A DNA stretch of 63,894 bases, counting the filler, from Octopus bimaculoides (Eukaryota), in the NCBI RefSeq assembly GCF_001194135.2. It is 5 parts of 4 records of this genome, joined end to end, with 100 filler letters (N's around TTAATTAATTAA, not from the genome) between each part and the next. Parts side by side here need not be neighbours in the genome. Positions count along the whole stretch, not along the records: positions 50,828 to 58,059 come from NC_068990.1; positions 58,160 to 63,894 come from NC_068982.1; 3 more parts are not named here. One strand, given 5' to 3'. The notes beneath the pieces were generated by a model. The model had not been told where the DNA came from, ran no database searches, and was given only the letters and a program-made list of their open reading frames with translations. Shown here in pieces: positions 53,386 through 63,894 of the stretch (the first letter of the stretch is position 1; every line of letters starts with the position of its first letter). The position numbers were made by a program, and so were the translations under genes.

Positions 53386-54354
53386 TACCAGTATAATGGC
53401 CATTTTTTTCATGTCGTACTTCTTTGAGCAAGTTGCACTTAGCCTTTCAGAAGATTGCAGGTTTTTCACCTGTATACTCTACCTGCCACCAAAATTTGTG
53501 ATATTTTGTTGAAGTTAGAAATCATTGATAAATTAGCCTTTTATTTATTCCATTTATTTCTAAAGCGATAACTTTTTCAAATAAGATAACTATGATAAAA
53601 ATAAGGAAGGAAGACCAGTTATGTTTTACCTTATTTGGGATGGTACCTTGACTATTTTGCCTTTCATATATCTGAGATAGATTTTTAAAAGCACACACAC
53701 ACACACACATACACACACACACACACATACACACACGAAGTATCTGTAAGACATTGAAATGGATGCAATCGATTAAGCATTTTTCTTAAAAAACAAAACA
53801 ACTGGTTTTCTTCCTAACTTTTGCCCGAAATCTTTTATCTTTTATTGCTTTACGGTTTTTGTTCTTTTATTTATTTATTTATTTAATATGGGAAGCAACT
53901 GTACTTTGAGGCGAAATATCGATTTTTTGGTTATCTCTTCCAACGATCTGTGATTATTACGGCTTCTAGAGTATTAAAAGCCAAGATCGTAAAGATGAAA
54001 TGCTTTCCTTTTTCTTCCCTAAAGGTTAACTGTCCAATATTTTTCTTTCATTCTTACTCCTCCCTCTCTTCTTTCTTTCCTTATTCCTTTCTTTACTTTC
54101 TTTTTTCTTTCTGCATTTTTTAAATACATACTACCATAACTTTTATCATACGTAATATAATACTATTTTCGTAGCCATGATATAATTTTAGTGGGCAACC
54201 TTACTCTGCTGTTCAGAAAAGCAAATATAGGAAAGAAAAAGGAAAAAGTAAGTAATTAACTTTTCCGGTATTCTCACTCTCTCTGTATTTTACTTAACCT
54301 CTCTTTTACGCGCAAGCAAACACCCGCGCGCGCGCGCAAACACCCTCTTCTTTT

Positions 54355-54448
<94 letters not shown>

Positions 54449-54617
54449 CTCGCTTAACAGTGACAGACATACGGGTTAACTTTACTTCCTATGTAAAATC
54501 ATGATCATTTTATGTACGAAACGACACATACTGACTCAGATATATCTTTATATTTTCTCGAATATACATATGCATTTTTGGGGGCATATGTATACACATT
54601 AGCATTGTATATCCTTT

Positions 54618-54730
54618 TATCTTTAACTCGTTTCAGTCATTGAACTTCGGCCGTGCTAGGGCACCGCCTCGAAGGGTTTAGTCGAACTAATCAATTCCAG
54701 TACTTATTTTCAAGCCTGATACTTATTCTT
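54618..54730 (-). mobile_element. 3' fragment of SINE family A
   Basis: TTTCAGTCATTGAACTTCGGCCGTGCTAGGGCACCGCC...TTAGTCGAAC. Confidence 0.7.
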
Positions 54731-54799
54731 GCTGAATAGGTAAGTTTTAGCAACGTAAACAAACCAACACGCGTATAGAAAAGTACAAACTCCACCTCG

Positions 54800-57700
54800 T
54801 AGTAACAGCAGTAGAGACATCGACAACAGCAGTGGTAGCAGTGACAGCAATAGCGGTAGCAGTGACAACAGTAGCAGCAGTGGTAGTAGTATTGGTAGCA
54901 ACAACAACAACAACAACAACACGGGAGACAGCAACGACAGCAGCTGCTGTGATGGCAGCAACAACAACGATAACAATATCAACATTAACAAGAACACTTT
55001 CGCTGCAGCAACAGCCAAAAAGAGGCTACACTTGAGCATGGACCTCACAAATAAAGATGAAATGTTGGCCAAGGCCTGGAAGCTCATCAAGCAAGAGTAA
55101 ACCTGGTCCAACTTAACTGTCCCGGCGGAAGCCAATGAAGCAGTGGAGCGAAGAACGGTGCATTTGGATGCATCTCAGCAGAAACAAAGAAAGCGGCTTT
55201 AATTGCCCAAGCAGATATTGAAGTTGTGCTGACATGCACCAGGGATGACACCGAGTACATAGTGAGGGGCAGATAATACGGCACCACTTCGGTGCTGTTT
55301 AAGTCAGAAGCCCTCACTATGAAACATTACATTCAATAACCCCTTGCAAAACCAGCAAGATCATAATGTACCTCTCCCACATGGGAAAACGAACAGCGCG
55401 TTCCCAGGACTCCACCAGAGCTTGATATGTGGTGGCTTCTGGGATGCGTAATTATGGACAGGACGGATACCATCCCGATAGAGGTAACAAAAACTGCCAG
55501 GGAGGACTGGTCCGGGGTCGACCTGGAGATACTTCTCCATGTCAGGTCCGAAAACCTAAAAAAGAATCCCGGACCACATCCGTCTCCATAACGGGAAGGT
55601 GATACATATAATGACTGAGGGCAAAATGCTGGATTGTTTCGTTTGTGGAGAAACTGCCCATTTGCGAGCCTTCTGCCCTCAACTGATAAAGGTGCAAGGG
55701 ATCGAAGGTCCCCATTGCTGCCTACGCTGGGGGTAACGACCACAACCAACACCAGCACTGGCAAAACCACCAGCAACAACACCAAAGGAAACACCATCAA
55801 AATATTGACCACCCAAGGGGGAAACTAGGAAAGCTCTCCCCACCCCCAAAAATACACACATGAATAGAAACATACACGCACAAAGGCACAGACACACTTA
55901 CAGCCACAGACCCCTCATCTTCCAGTAGTGAAGAGGAATTCCACAAAGCATAACAGCACTCAAAAAAAAAATACAGACATCGCCCACGCAAACATCTCCC
56001 TAATAACACCAACACCAACACAACCAGCACCATAACCGCCGCTAGAATCACTCAAACGCAAACAATCTAAATAAACACAAGAACAAATACTCACACAAAC
56101 ATCTGAAACAGCAGATAGCGCACTCACAACAAACACAGACACAACCGAAACAACACCAACAAAACCATCACCCACATTGAGACTTTTAAAGGGGTTCCCA
56201 AAAAACTCTACACCACCAATTATGGAAGTAGAACCATCCGACATTCACGAGATACTGGGAGGTAAGTAAACCCTTCCCCTCTTTTTAGGTTGCCAACATA
56301 GCCATATTAAGAGTAAAAAGTTTAAATGTTCGAGGCCTGGGGTCACCCAGGAAGCAAAGCCGCCTACTAAACGACTTTGGGTTTTTAGAATTGGACGCGC
56401 ACCAGCCCCCATTTTCGACGACTATCAGATGTCTGTATCTGTTAGTTGACCGGGAATGGGAGGTGGAGTAGCAATGGTGTTTAGGAAAGGCCTGAATCTC
56501 GAGGTAAGGTCGATCTTCCGGGATCCGGAAGGTAAGTTGGTGGTCCTGAACGTGAGCAATAGCGGAGGTGGTGCCTTTAGACTGGTAGCCGTCTAGGTCC
56601 CTGCATGGGACCAAACAGTCCGATTTCTCTAGGCGTCTGGAAACTTTTCTGGGTACGTCTCGTCCTTTGCTGTTAGTAGGGGGCTGGAACGGCATCTTAA
56701 ACGCGCGCTGGGATTGTGTGGGAGTAGCTGATAGAAGCAGGTGGTGTAAAAGCCTCAAGCACCTGATCAGCCAGTTTCATCTGTCTGAGGGGAACCCACG
56801 AGATTTCCCTAATGCACCAGTGTGGAACTGGACAAACCGCCTAGGGTCATCTAGATCGTACATTGACAAGATTTTCACTAGGAACATAGATAGTAATAGT
56901 GTAGGCTGTTCACTTTTTAAAACGGTCGCCTATTCAGATCACAAGTTTGTAATTTGTACGGTCGACCTAGATAAGACGCGTAGGTTAGGACCCGGTTAAT
57001 GGAGGATGAACATGTCGTTTCCGGTACGTAAGGCTTACAGGGAACGAGTCAACAATTTAGTTAAGCAAAAGTTGACGGGAAGGGGTCGTCCACAACAGGT
57101 GGTGGTGGTGGTGGTGGTGGTGGTGGTGGTGGTAGGGCTCTCAAAAGAGACATTAGAGTAATTTCGATAGGGTTCAGCAAAAAGTAACGTTAGAAAAATA
57201 TAAAAGTAGAGGAGCTGTTAGCTAAGCTAGACGAGAATATTTGTAGTGGCATTGCAACTGACGTGCTAGCAGCGAGAACAGCATTAGACCATTTCTTCAA
57301 TGCGAAACCTGAATGTTGCATTGTTAGAGCTAAGGCGCGTGATCTCAGAAACGAAGGAACTAAAGATGGGCCCGCGTAGCGGAGACGCAGCGTAGCAACA
57401 AAACTGCAATTCGGTCTTTGACGGACGGAAACAAACACGAACTGAGCGATTCCAAACAGATGTGTGAGGCCTTTCACCAGCACTTTGCTCGGTTGTTCGT
57501 GAAGGAGTAGCGGGTTAGAGACGGTAACGAACTTCAGTCCCTACCTCGATGGCTTGCCGCACCTCTCGGCAGCCGACACTGAGCACTGCGAAAGGGCGAT
57601 AACTTCAGCCAAAATTCAGGATGCCTTTATCGGCTGCACGAGGTACAAATCACCCTGTCTGGATGGTCTTTCCTACGAACTTTACGTAAATATGCCAGAC

Positions 57701-58059
57701 TTGTTCTCCGATCTCCTCAAAGCGCTCTACTGCAACTGGCAGCAGAACGGGAGTATTCCCAGTTCTGTGAGCCGGGTCGTAGTGACGCTGATAAGGAAAG
57801 ACGAAAACAAGAGGGAGACAGATAACTTCAGACCCATAACTCTGCTCAATACAGAGTCTAAGATTTTTGGCAAAGTGTTAACTAAGAGGTTGGTGCTTGT
57901 CATCGAAAATTTGGTTGGAGATGCACGAACCTGCGCAATCCCGACTAGGTTCATACACGGCAACCTCCACCTCATGCGATACATCATAGAAAGGGTAGGG
58001 TGTAAACCTGGCTTCGGTAGAGTTCTGATCAATTTAGGTCTATCGAAAACATTCGATAG
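54800..58059 (+). mobile_element. Decayed L1-clade (Tx1-like) LINE: ORF1 with CCHC knuckle, ORF2 APE and RT, 3' part lost in gap
   Basis: ORF1 S/N-rich start, TFAAATAKK, knuckle CFVCGETAHLRAFC (55635-55676), stop 56267-56269. ORF2 start mutated to ATA (CCAACATAGCC, 56298), SLNVRGL, GGWNGI, SYIDKIF, YSDHKFV, GPG*WRMN, KSPCLDGL, NFRPITLLNTESKIF. Confidence 0.9.
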
Positions 58060-58179
58060 NNNNNNNNNNNNNNNNNNNNNNNNNNNNNNNNNNNNNNNNN
58101 NNNTTAATTAATTAANNNNNNNNNNNNNNNNNNNNNNNNNNNNNNNNNNNNNNNNNNNNATATATTCTTTTGTTCTTTT

Positions 58180-58358
58180 ATTCTTTTACTTGTTTCAGCT
58201 ATTTGACTGTGGCCATGCCGCAACACCGCCTTTAGTCTAGTGAATCGACCCCAGGACTTATTCTGCCTTTGTCTTTTGCTGAAACGCTAAGTTTCGGCGA
58301 CGTAACACACCAGCATCGGTTGTCAAGCGATGTTGGGGGGAACAAACACAGACACACC

Positions 58359-58399
<41 letters not shown>

Positions 58400-58551
58400 A
58401 CACACACACACACACACAAATTCACTCACAAGGCTTTGGCCGGCCCGTGGATATATTAGAAGAAACTTGCCCAAGGTGCTACGCAGCGGGATTGTACCTG
58501 GAACCATGTGGTTGGTAAGCAAGCTACCTGCCAGACAGCCACTCCTGCGCC
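58180..58551 (-). mobile_element. Full-length SINE family A with internal (CA)n
   Basis: TTACTTGTTTCAGC...CACCAGCATCGGTTGTCAAGCGATGTTGGGGGGAACAAAC...ACTCACAAGGCTTTGGCCGGCCCG...TTGCCCAAGGTGC...CAGCCACTCCTG. Confidence 0.9.
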
Positions 58552-58606
58552 TATATACACACACATATATATATGTATGTATATCAATCGTTATACATAT
58601 AAACAT

Positions 58607-58647
<41 letters not shown>

Positions 58648-58746
58648 AATTTTATTGTTTATAGATTGTGTTTGATTATGTTTGAAAAGTATATATATGT
58701 ACGGTTTATGCGCATATCTGTGTGCCTAACTTCCTACGTAACTACG

Positions 58747-58945
<199 letters not shown>

Positions 58946-59303
58946 ACAAATTATCAACAATATAACACCCGGGATATGGTGATCAGATAGAAACTTCAAC
59001 GATTGTGATCCACCAATTCATTAATTTCACTGTTGCATTTAAAGTACTTCACTGAACGTCAGCTATTGTCATTCATCGTATACCATAATAGAAATTCTTT
59101 GTTTTGACTTCTTCTACAATCCCAGTGCTCTAGATTAGCAGTTCTTCAAGTATTTTAAGATTTAAATATAAACATTATTTAAATCTAATGTTTACATTAA
59201 TCTAGTAATGCTTCTAAGTATTTATAGATAAAATATGCTTATATATATATATAGACATAAATACATATGCATGAATCTATGTATATATGTGTGTATGTAT
59301 GTA

Positions 59304-59383
<80 letters not shown>

Positions 59384-59946
59384 TGTGTGTGTGCGTACGT
59401 ATGCCTGTGTATGTGTGTGAGTGTGTGTATACGTTATAAGATATTTAATTGCTTCTTATTATATCAGTAGTCTTATTGCTATATATCTATGCCCCATTGA
59501 ACACTCAAATACGAGATTGCACATTTAAACAAGAATAATATTGCGTATGTTTAGGGTTAGACTGTAACGTAGAAATATAGCCAAATTATATGAAAATAAT
59601 AACAGAAAACAAACTATTGATATTTCAGAACCTTCATTCCTCTGTTTGATTCAATAATTCAATACATTCATAAAACCGTCTGATAAGCGAAAGTTAAGAG
59701 TTTTTAATATTGCCCATATATACCAGGAAATCATGCTCCATCAAGAAGAAAAAAAAAAAGAAAAGGAAACTGAATACCCATGGAGTTCCAACTAAGATGA
59801 AAGCAACGAATAAAACATAATTACAGCATAAAATAATCAATAGAAATAAACAATAATTACATGTGTGTATACACACACATATACATATATACATATATGT
59901 ATGTGCATATATACATGTATGTTTGTATAGGCCTATAGATATATAT

Positions 59947-60013
<67 letters not shown>

Positions 60014-60868
60014 TAGATAGATAGATATATGGAAATATATATTTATGCATACTTATATATACAATGTGTGCATATTTATACATATATGCACTCTACGTAC
60101 ATACATGCATACGCACACCCATATATACTTTACGTAGGTAGTACTTGAGGAAGTACTCTTCACCAGACAATCTTGACTTGAATGTCTGGATCAACATTCA
60201 ATCTTATATTAGTATTGCCTTCCATGTGTATTAACTATGCAGAGACAGGCTTGATTCCAGCTATGTATTTCATCGTAAAGACTGATTAAGATAGAATGTA
60301 TATTTACATGATTACGTAACCAGTTGAAATGTATGTATTAAATGCAATCCAAATACCAGCAATTGGTATTTGGAATGTACTTCTGTACCCATCTTCCTTT
60401 CGCCCTTATATAAACAAACCACCTTAGATACATGTAACCACCATACATATGAAGGAAGTGAGAGAAAGATAGGGACAGAGAGAGAGACAGAGAGTTTTGT
60501 AAATGTTACTGGAATAATGCCATTGACTGGACCCTGGATACCTATATCACGTTGTAAAGTAAATGTACATACTCGTGTGTAGAGTTCCTGCTACAAGGCG
60601 CAATGCACCCATAGTTAAGTGCACAAGTATCATCTTATAACTATGTAGGAGTTTCAAACATGAACTCACCATACTCAAGCTCTCAGCTATGAGTGCATCG
60701 CAACTTATAGCAGAAACAGCTTTGAAGTGAATGACGTTCGTAACATAATTGTTTATTCCTTTGTCAAACCGATTTTGTATTAAACGCTTTCAACACGATT
60801 GACATTTCGTACTGAAGCATATGCATTATTTCCTTATTATGCCTAATTACTAGCACAGCAATCCCTAA

Positions 60869-60926
<58 letters not shown>

Positions 60927-61557
60927 NNNNNNNNNNNNNNNNNNNNNNNNNNNNNNNNNNNNNNNNNNNNNNNNNNNNNNNNNNNNNNNNNNNNNNNNNN
61001 NNNNNNNNNNNNNNNNNNNNNNNNNNNNNNNNNNNNNNNNNNNNNNNNNNNNNNNNNNNNNNNNNNNNNNNNNNNNNNNNNNNNNNNNNNNNNNNNNNNN
61101 NNNNNNNNNNNNNNNNNNNNNNNNNNNNNNNNNNNNNNNNNNNNNNNNNNNNNNNNNNNNNNNNNNNNNNNNNNNNNNNNNNNNNNNNNNNNNNNNNNNN
61201 NNNNNNNNNNNNNNNNNNNNNNNNNNNNNNNNNNNNNNNNNNNNNNNNNNNNNNNNNNNNNNNNNNNNNNNNNNNNNNNNNNNNNNNNNNNNNNNNNNNN
61301 NNATATATATATATATACCGTACTTTAACGTGTATAAGGAGCCCTCACGTATAATGACCTCCCCACCAATTTCTTGGGTTTCAAGTTAGGAAAAAAGATT
61401 TTGTAAGGGCTTATAATACTATCTATGTATGATAAACTCCCCATATTCTTTTAGCCTAAGATTTGACAAAAAAAGGTTCATTATACACGTTAAAATACGG
61501 TATGTATATATATATATATGTATATATGTGTGTGTATAAATATATCTCTACATATAT

Positions 61558-61599
<42 letters not shown>

Positions 61600-61618
<19 letters not shown>

Positions 61619-62337
61619 TTCATACACACACAGATGGTGGTTGTCTGCTCCTTATGCAGAGTTTGACCACCTCCTGTACCTGCACCTTAGAACCATCATG
61701 GCATCTGATGTGGCTTTTTAAACCCGACAATGTTCTGAAAAGACACCCACATAGATTACATATCCGATTAGGACCACAAAGAGCTGCTGATAAGTTCTGA
61801 TCTTTGTGGATCTTAAAATGTCTTTTGAAGCCTCCGTTAGATTTGCAAACCTTCTGGCATACACTGCATTCAAAGGTGTGCACAGACAATATAGGCAGAA
61901 TAGTTGCTGGAGGTTTGTTTTCCATTGGTTCACAAAGGAGATATGGGCCCATCAAAAGAAAGGCATGGTCTGTCACAGACTGTGCACACAAAAAGGTCAT
62001 TGCCATTCACGTTCTCGATCGTAACTTTCTTCCTTAGATCTATTTTGAGTCTTACGTTATCCTGGCATCTTCAAAAGCTTTCACTTCACTTTTGTTCGCT
62101 ATCCACCTCGATCCGAAGCAAGGGTTTCTATATCTTCTGGATCCATTCCAAGTGACTTCATAGTTGTGCTTATGCCGTCCTTAAACCTTTTTGTAGGTTT
62201 ACGCAGATAGCGTTTCCCCTCTGAAAGCTCACCATAAAACAGCTGTTTCGGCATGCATTCATCCACCATTCGAACACTATGGTCCCAAAATCAATATCAT
62301 AACTTTAATTGAGGTGATGCCTGCCGATGCGAGGACA
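61600..62337 (-). mobile_element. 5'-truncated RTE LINE 3' end carrying two C2H2 zinc fingers
   Basis: Minus strand VLASAGITSIKVMI..WDHSVRMVDECMPKQLFYGELSEGKRYLRKPTKRFKD..ETLASDRGG*R, then CSVCQKVCKSNGGFKRHFKIH and CNLCGCLFRTLSGLKSHIRCH (both C-X2-C-X12-H-X3-H), then a (TG)n-rich tail. Confidence 0.82.
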
Positions 62338-62372
62338 TACACACACATACCCACATACATACATACATACAT

Positions 62373-63056
62373 ATAAACGGTGTATCACGCTCTATTGCAG
62401 GCCAGAGTTTTGTTGATATTTTGAATATTAAACATAGTAGAAGCGTGAAACTTGGTCCACTGAAATATCTTTAGTAGATACGGACGCAATGAACATTTAA
62501 ATTTTATTGATAAGCTACATACATAGTTATGCTGAGGTGTGATTTTCGGGTGCTTTTAACTGTGCCACGCTTTATTGGAGGTGTACGAAAATGTCACTTT
62601 AAGGTAATGAAATATCATTATATTACCATTTTATTGTAATAATGAAACACGCTACCGAAAAATAGCAGCAAAAGATACGACACAAACACAATTAAATTGT
62701 TGGTGCTGTACTTTATTTGTCTACATAACTTCCTTGCTTAGAAATGGTATCAAACGGTCTTTTGTCCACAGAATCTGTTAGCCGACTAAGCTGAGAAATG
62801 TTATCGTACCAGCAACTGTTTTGATCTTTTCCCAAAGGGCATCTTTCGATGAAAACTGGATACCTACTCCTTGCACTTTCTTCTTCGAGATCGACCAGAC
62901 TTGTTCGATGGGGTTTAAATCAGGAGAACAGTATGGCCAAGTTATGAGTGATTGGCCAGTGATCCCCAAAGTTGCTTGGTATGAAATTTTAGCCTTGGCT
63001 GAATGCAAAGTAGCATTGTCATGCATAAAAATCAATTGGCATGCATAAAAAATCAA
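62373..63056 (-). mobile_element. Tc1-family transposon 3' fragment with IR/DR-type terminal repeat
   Basis: IFMHDNATLH...WPYCSPDLNPIEQVW...KDALWEKI and C-terminus RLTDSVDKRPFDTISKQGSYVDK* (stop 62713-62715); direct repeats ACGGTGTATCACGCTCTATTGCAGG (62377) and ACTGTGCCACGCTTTATTGGAGG (62559). Confidence 0.85.
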
Positions 63057-63241
63057 TCACTGTCGACGTCAGAGCATGTATGTGAACACAACACCGGTGA
63101 TTTCCTACCTATACCCGAATATGGCTCTCTTTGTATTTATATTTCTGTTTCCAAAATTCTAAACTGAGCTAAGAATATCTTTAATATTGTTCTGTTGTTT
63201 CGTTTCTCTTCTATTCGCTTTTGTGGTTTTATCATATTAAA

Positions 63242-63286
<45 letters not shown>

Positions 63287-63585
63287 NNNNNNNNNNNNNN
63301 NNNNNNNNNNNNNNNNNNNNNNNNNNNNNNNNNNNNNNNNNNNNNNNNNNNNNNNNNNNNNNNNNNNNNNNNNNNNNNNNNNNNNNNNNNNNNNNNNNNN
63401 NNNNNNNNNNNNNNNNNNNNNNNNNNNNNNNNNNNNNNNNNNNNNNNNNNNNNNNNNNNNNNNNNNNNNNNNNNNNNNNNNNNNNNNNNNNNNNNNNNNN
63501 NNNNNNNNNNNNNNNNNNNNNNNNNNNNNNNNNNNNNNNNNNNNNNNNNNNNNNNNNNNNNNNNNNNNNNNNNNTATATATATAT

Positions 63586-63815
63586 ATATATATATTTGTG
63601 TGTTTGTGTTTGTGCTTGTCCTTCCACCATCGCCTGACAACCGATCTTGGTGTGGTTATGTCCCCGTAACACTAGCGGTTCGGCAAAATAACCGATAAAA
63701 TAAGTACCACGCTAGCAAAGAATTAGTCCAGAGGTCGATTTCTTCGACTACAAAGCTGTGCTCCAGCATGGTCACTATCAAAATGACTGAAACGAGTAAA
63801 AGAGCAAAAGAGTAG
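63586..63815 (+). mobile_element. 3' half of SINE family A
   Basis: TTGTCCTTCCACCATCGCCTGACAACCGAT...CCCCGTAACACTAGCGGTTCGGCAAAA...GCTCCAGCATGG...ATGACTGAAACGAGTAAAAGAG. Confidence 0.85.
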
Positions 63816-63856
63816 AGACTCTCAGGTTGATACACACATACACACACACACACACA

Positions 63857-63894
<38 letters not shown>

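Noticed and set aside
54710-55135. Leu-rich hydrophobic minus-strand ORF
   Set aside because: It is the antisense reading of the AGC/AAC-rich start of the LINE
60348-60374. 11-bp-stem hairpin TCCAAATACCA-GCAAT-TGGTATTTGGA
   Set aside because: Too short for a pre-miRNA and plausible by chance
61620-62006. Host C2H2 zinc-finger gene
   Set aside because: It is continuous with an RTE ORF2 C-terminus, lacks TGEKP linkers and ends in a microsatellite tail, so it is reported as part of the LINE

Overview
This is AT-rich, microsatellite-dense animal genomic DNA from a draft assembly with many N gaps. Its SINE families and repeat landscape suggest a coleoid cephalopod, probably Octopus; this is pattern recognition, not a database result. 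I found no intact, identifiable host gene, rRNA, functional tRNA or CRISPR array, and nearly all listed ORFs are microsatellite or N-gap artefacts. Supported content is mostly decayed mobile elements: three tRNA-derived SINE families, a hAT MITE with a perfect 8-bp TSD, a Helitron 3' end, two R4/Dong-clade restriction-like-endonuclease (RLE) retrotransposon relics beside (TAA)n tracts, a ~3.3-kb Tx1/L1-like LINE, several RTE fragments (one ending in two C2H2 zinc fingers), a palindromic mariner made of two 5' halves, and a Tc1 end with IR/DR architecture. The best leads are a possible hidden spliced gene (exon candidates near 20.0, 30.1 and 35.1 kb), a CpG-depleted domain over the first ~7.8 kb, a TAA-associated retroelement cluster with a possible non-autonomous partner, the double-C2H2 RTE tail, and a 107-bp fold-back palindrome. 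None is proven to be a new biological system.
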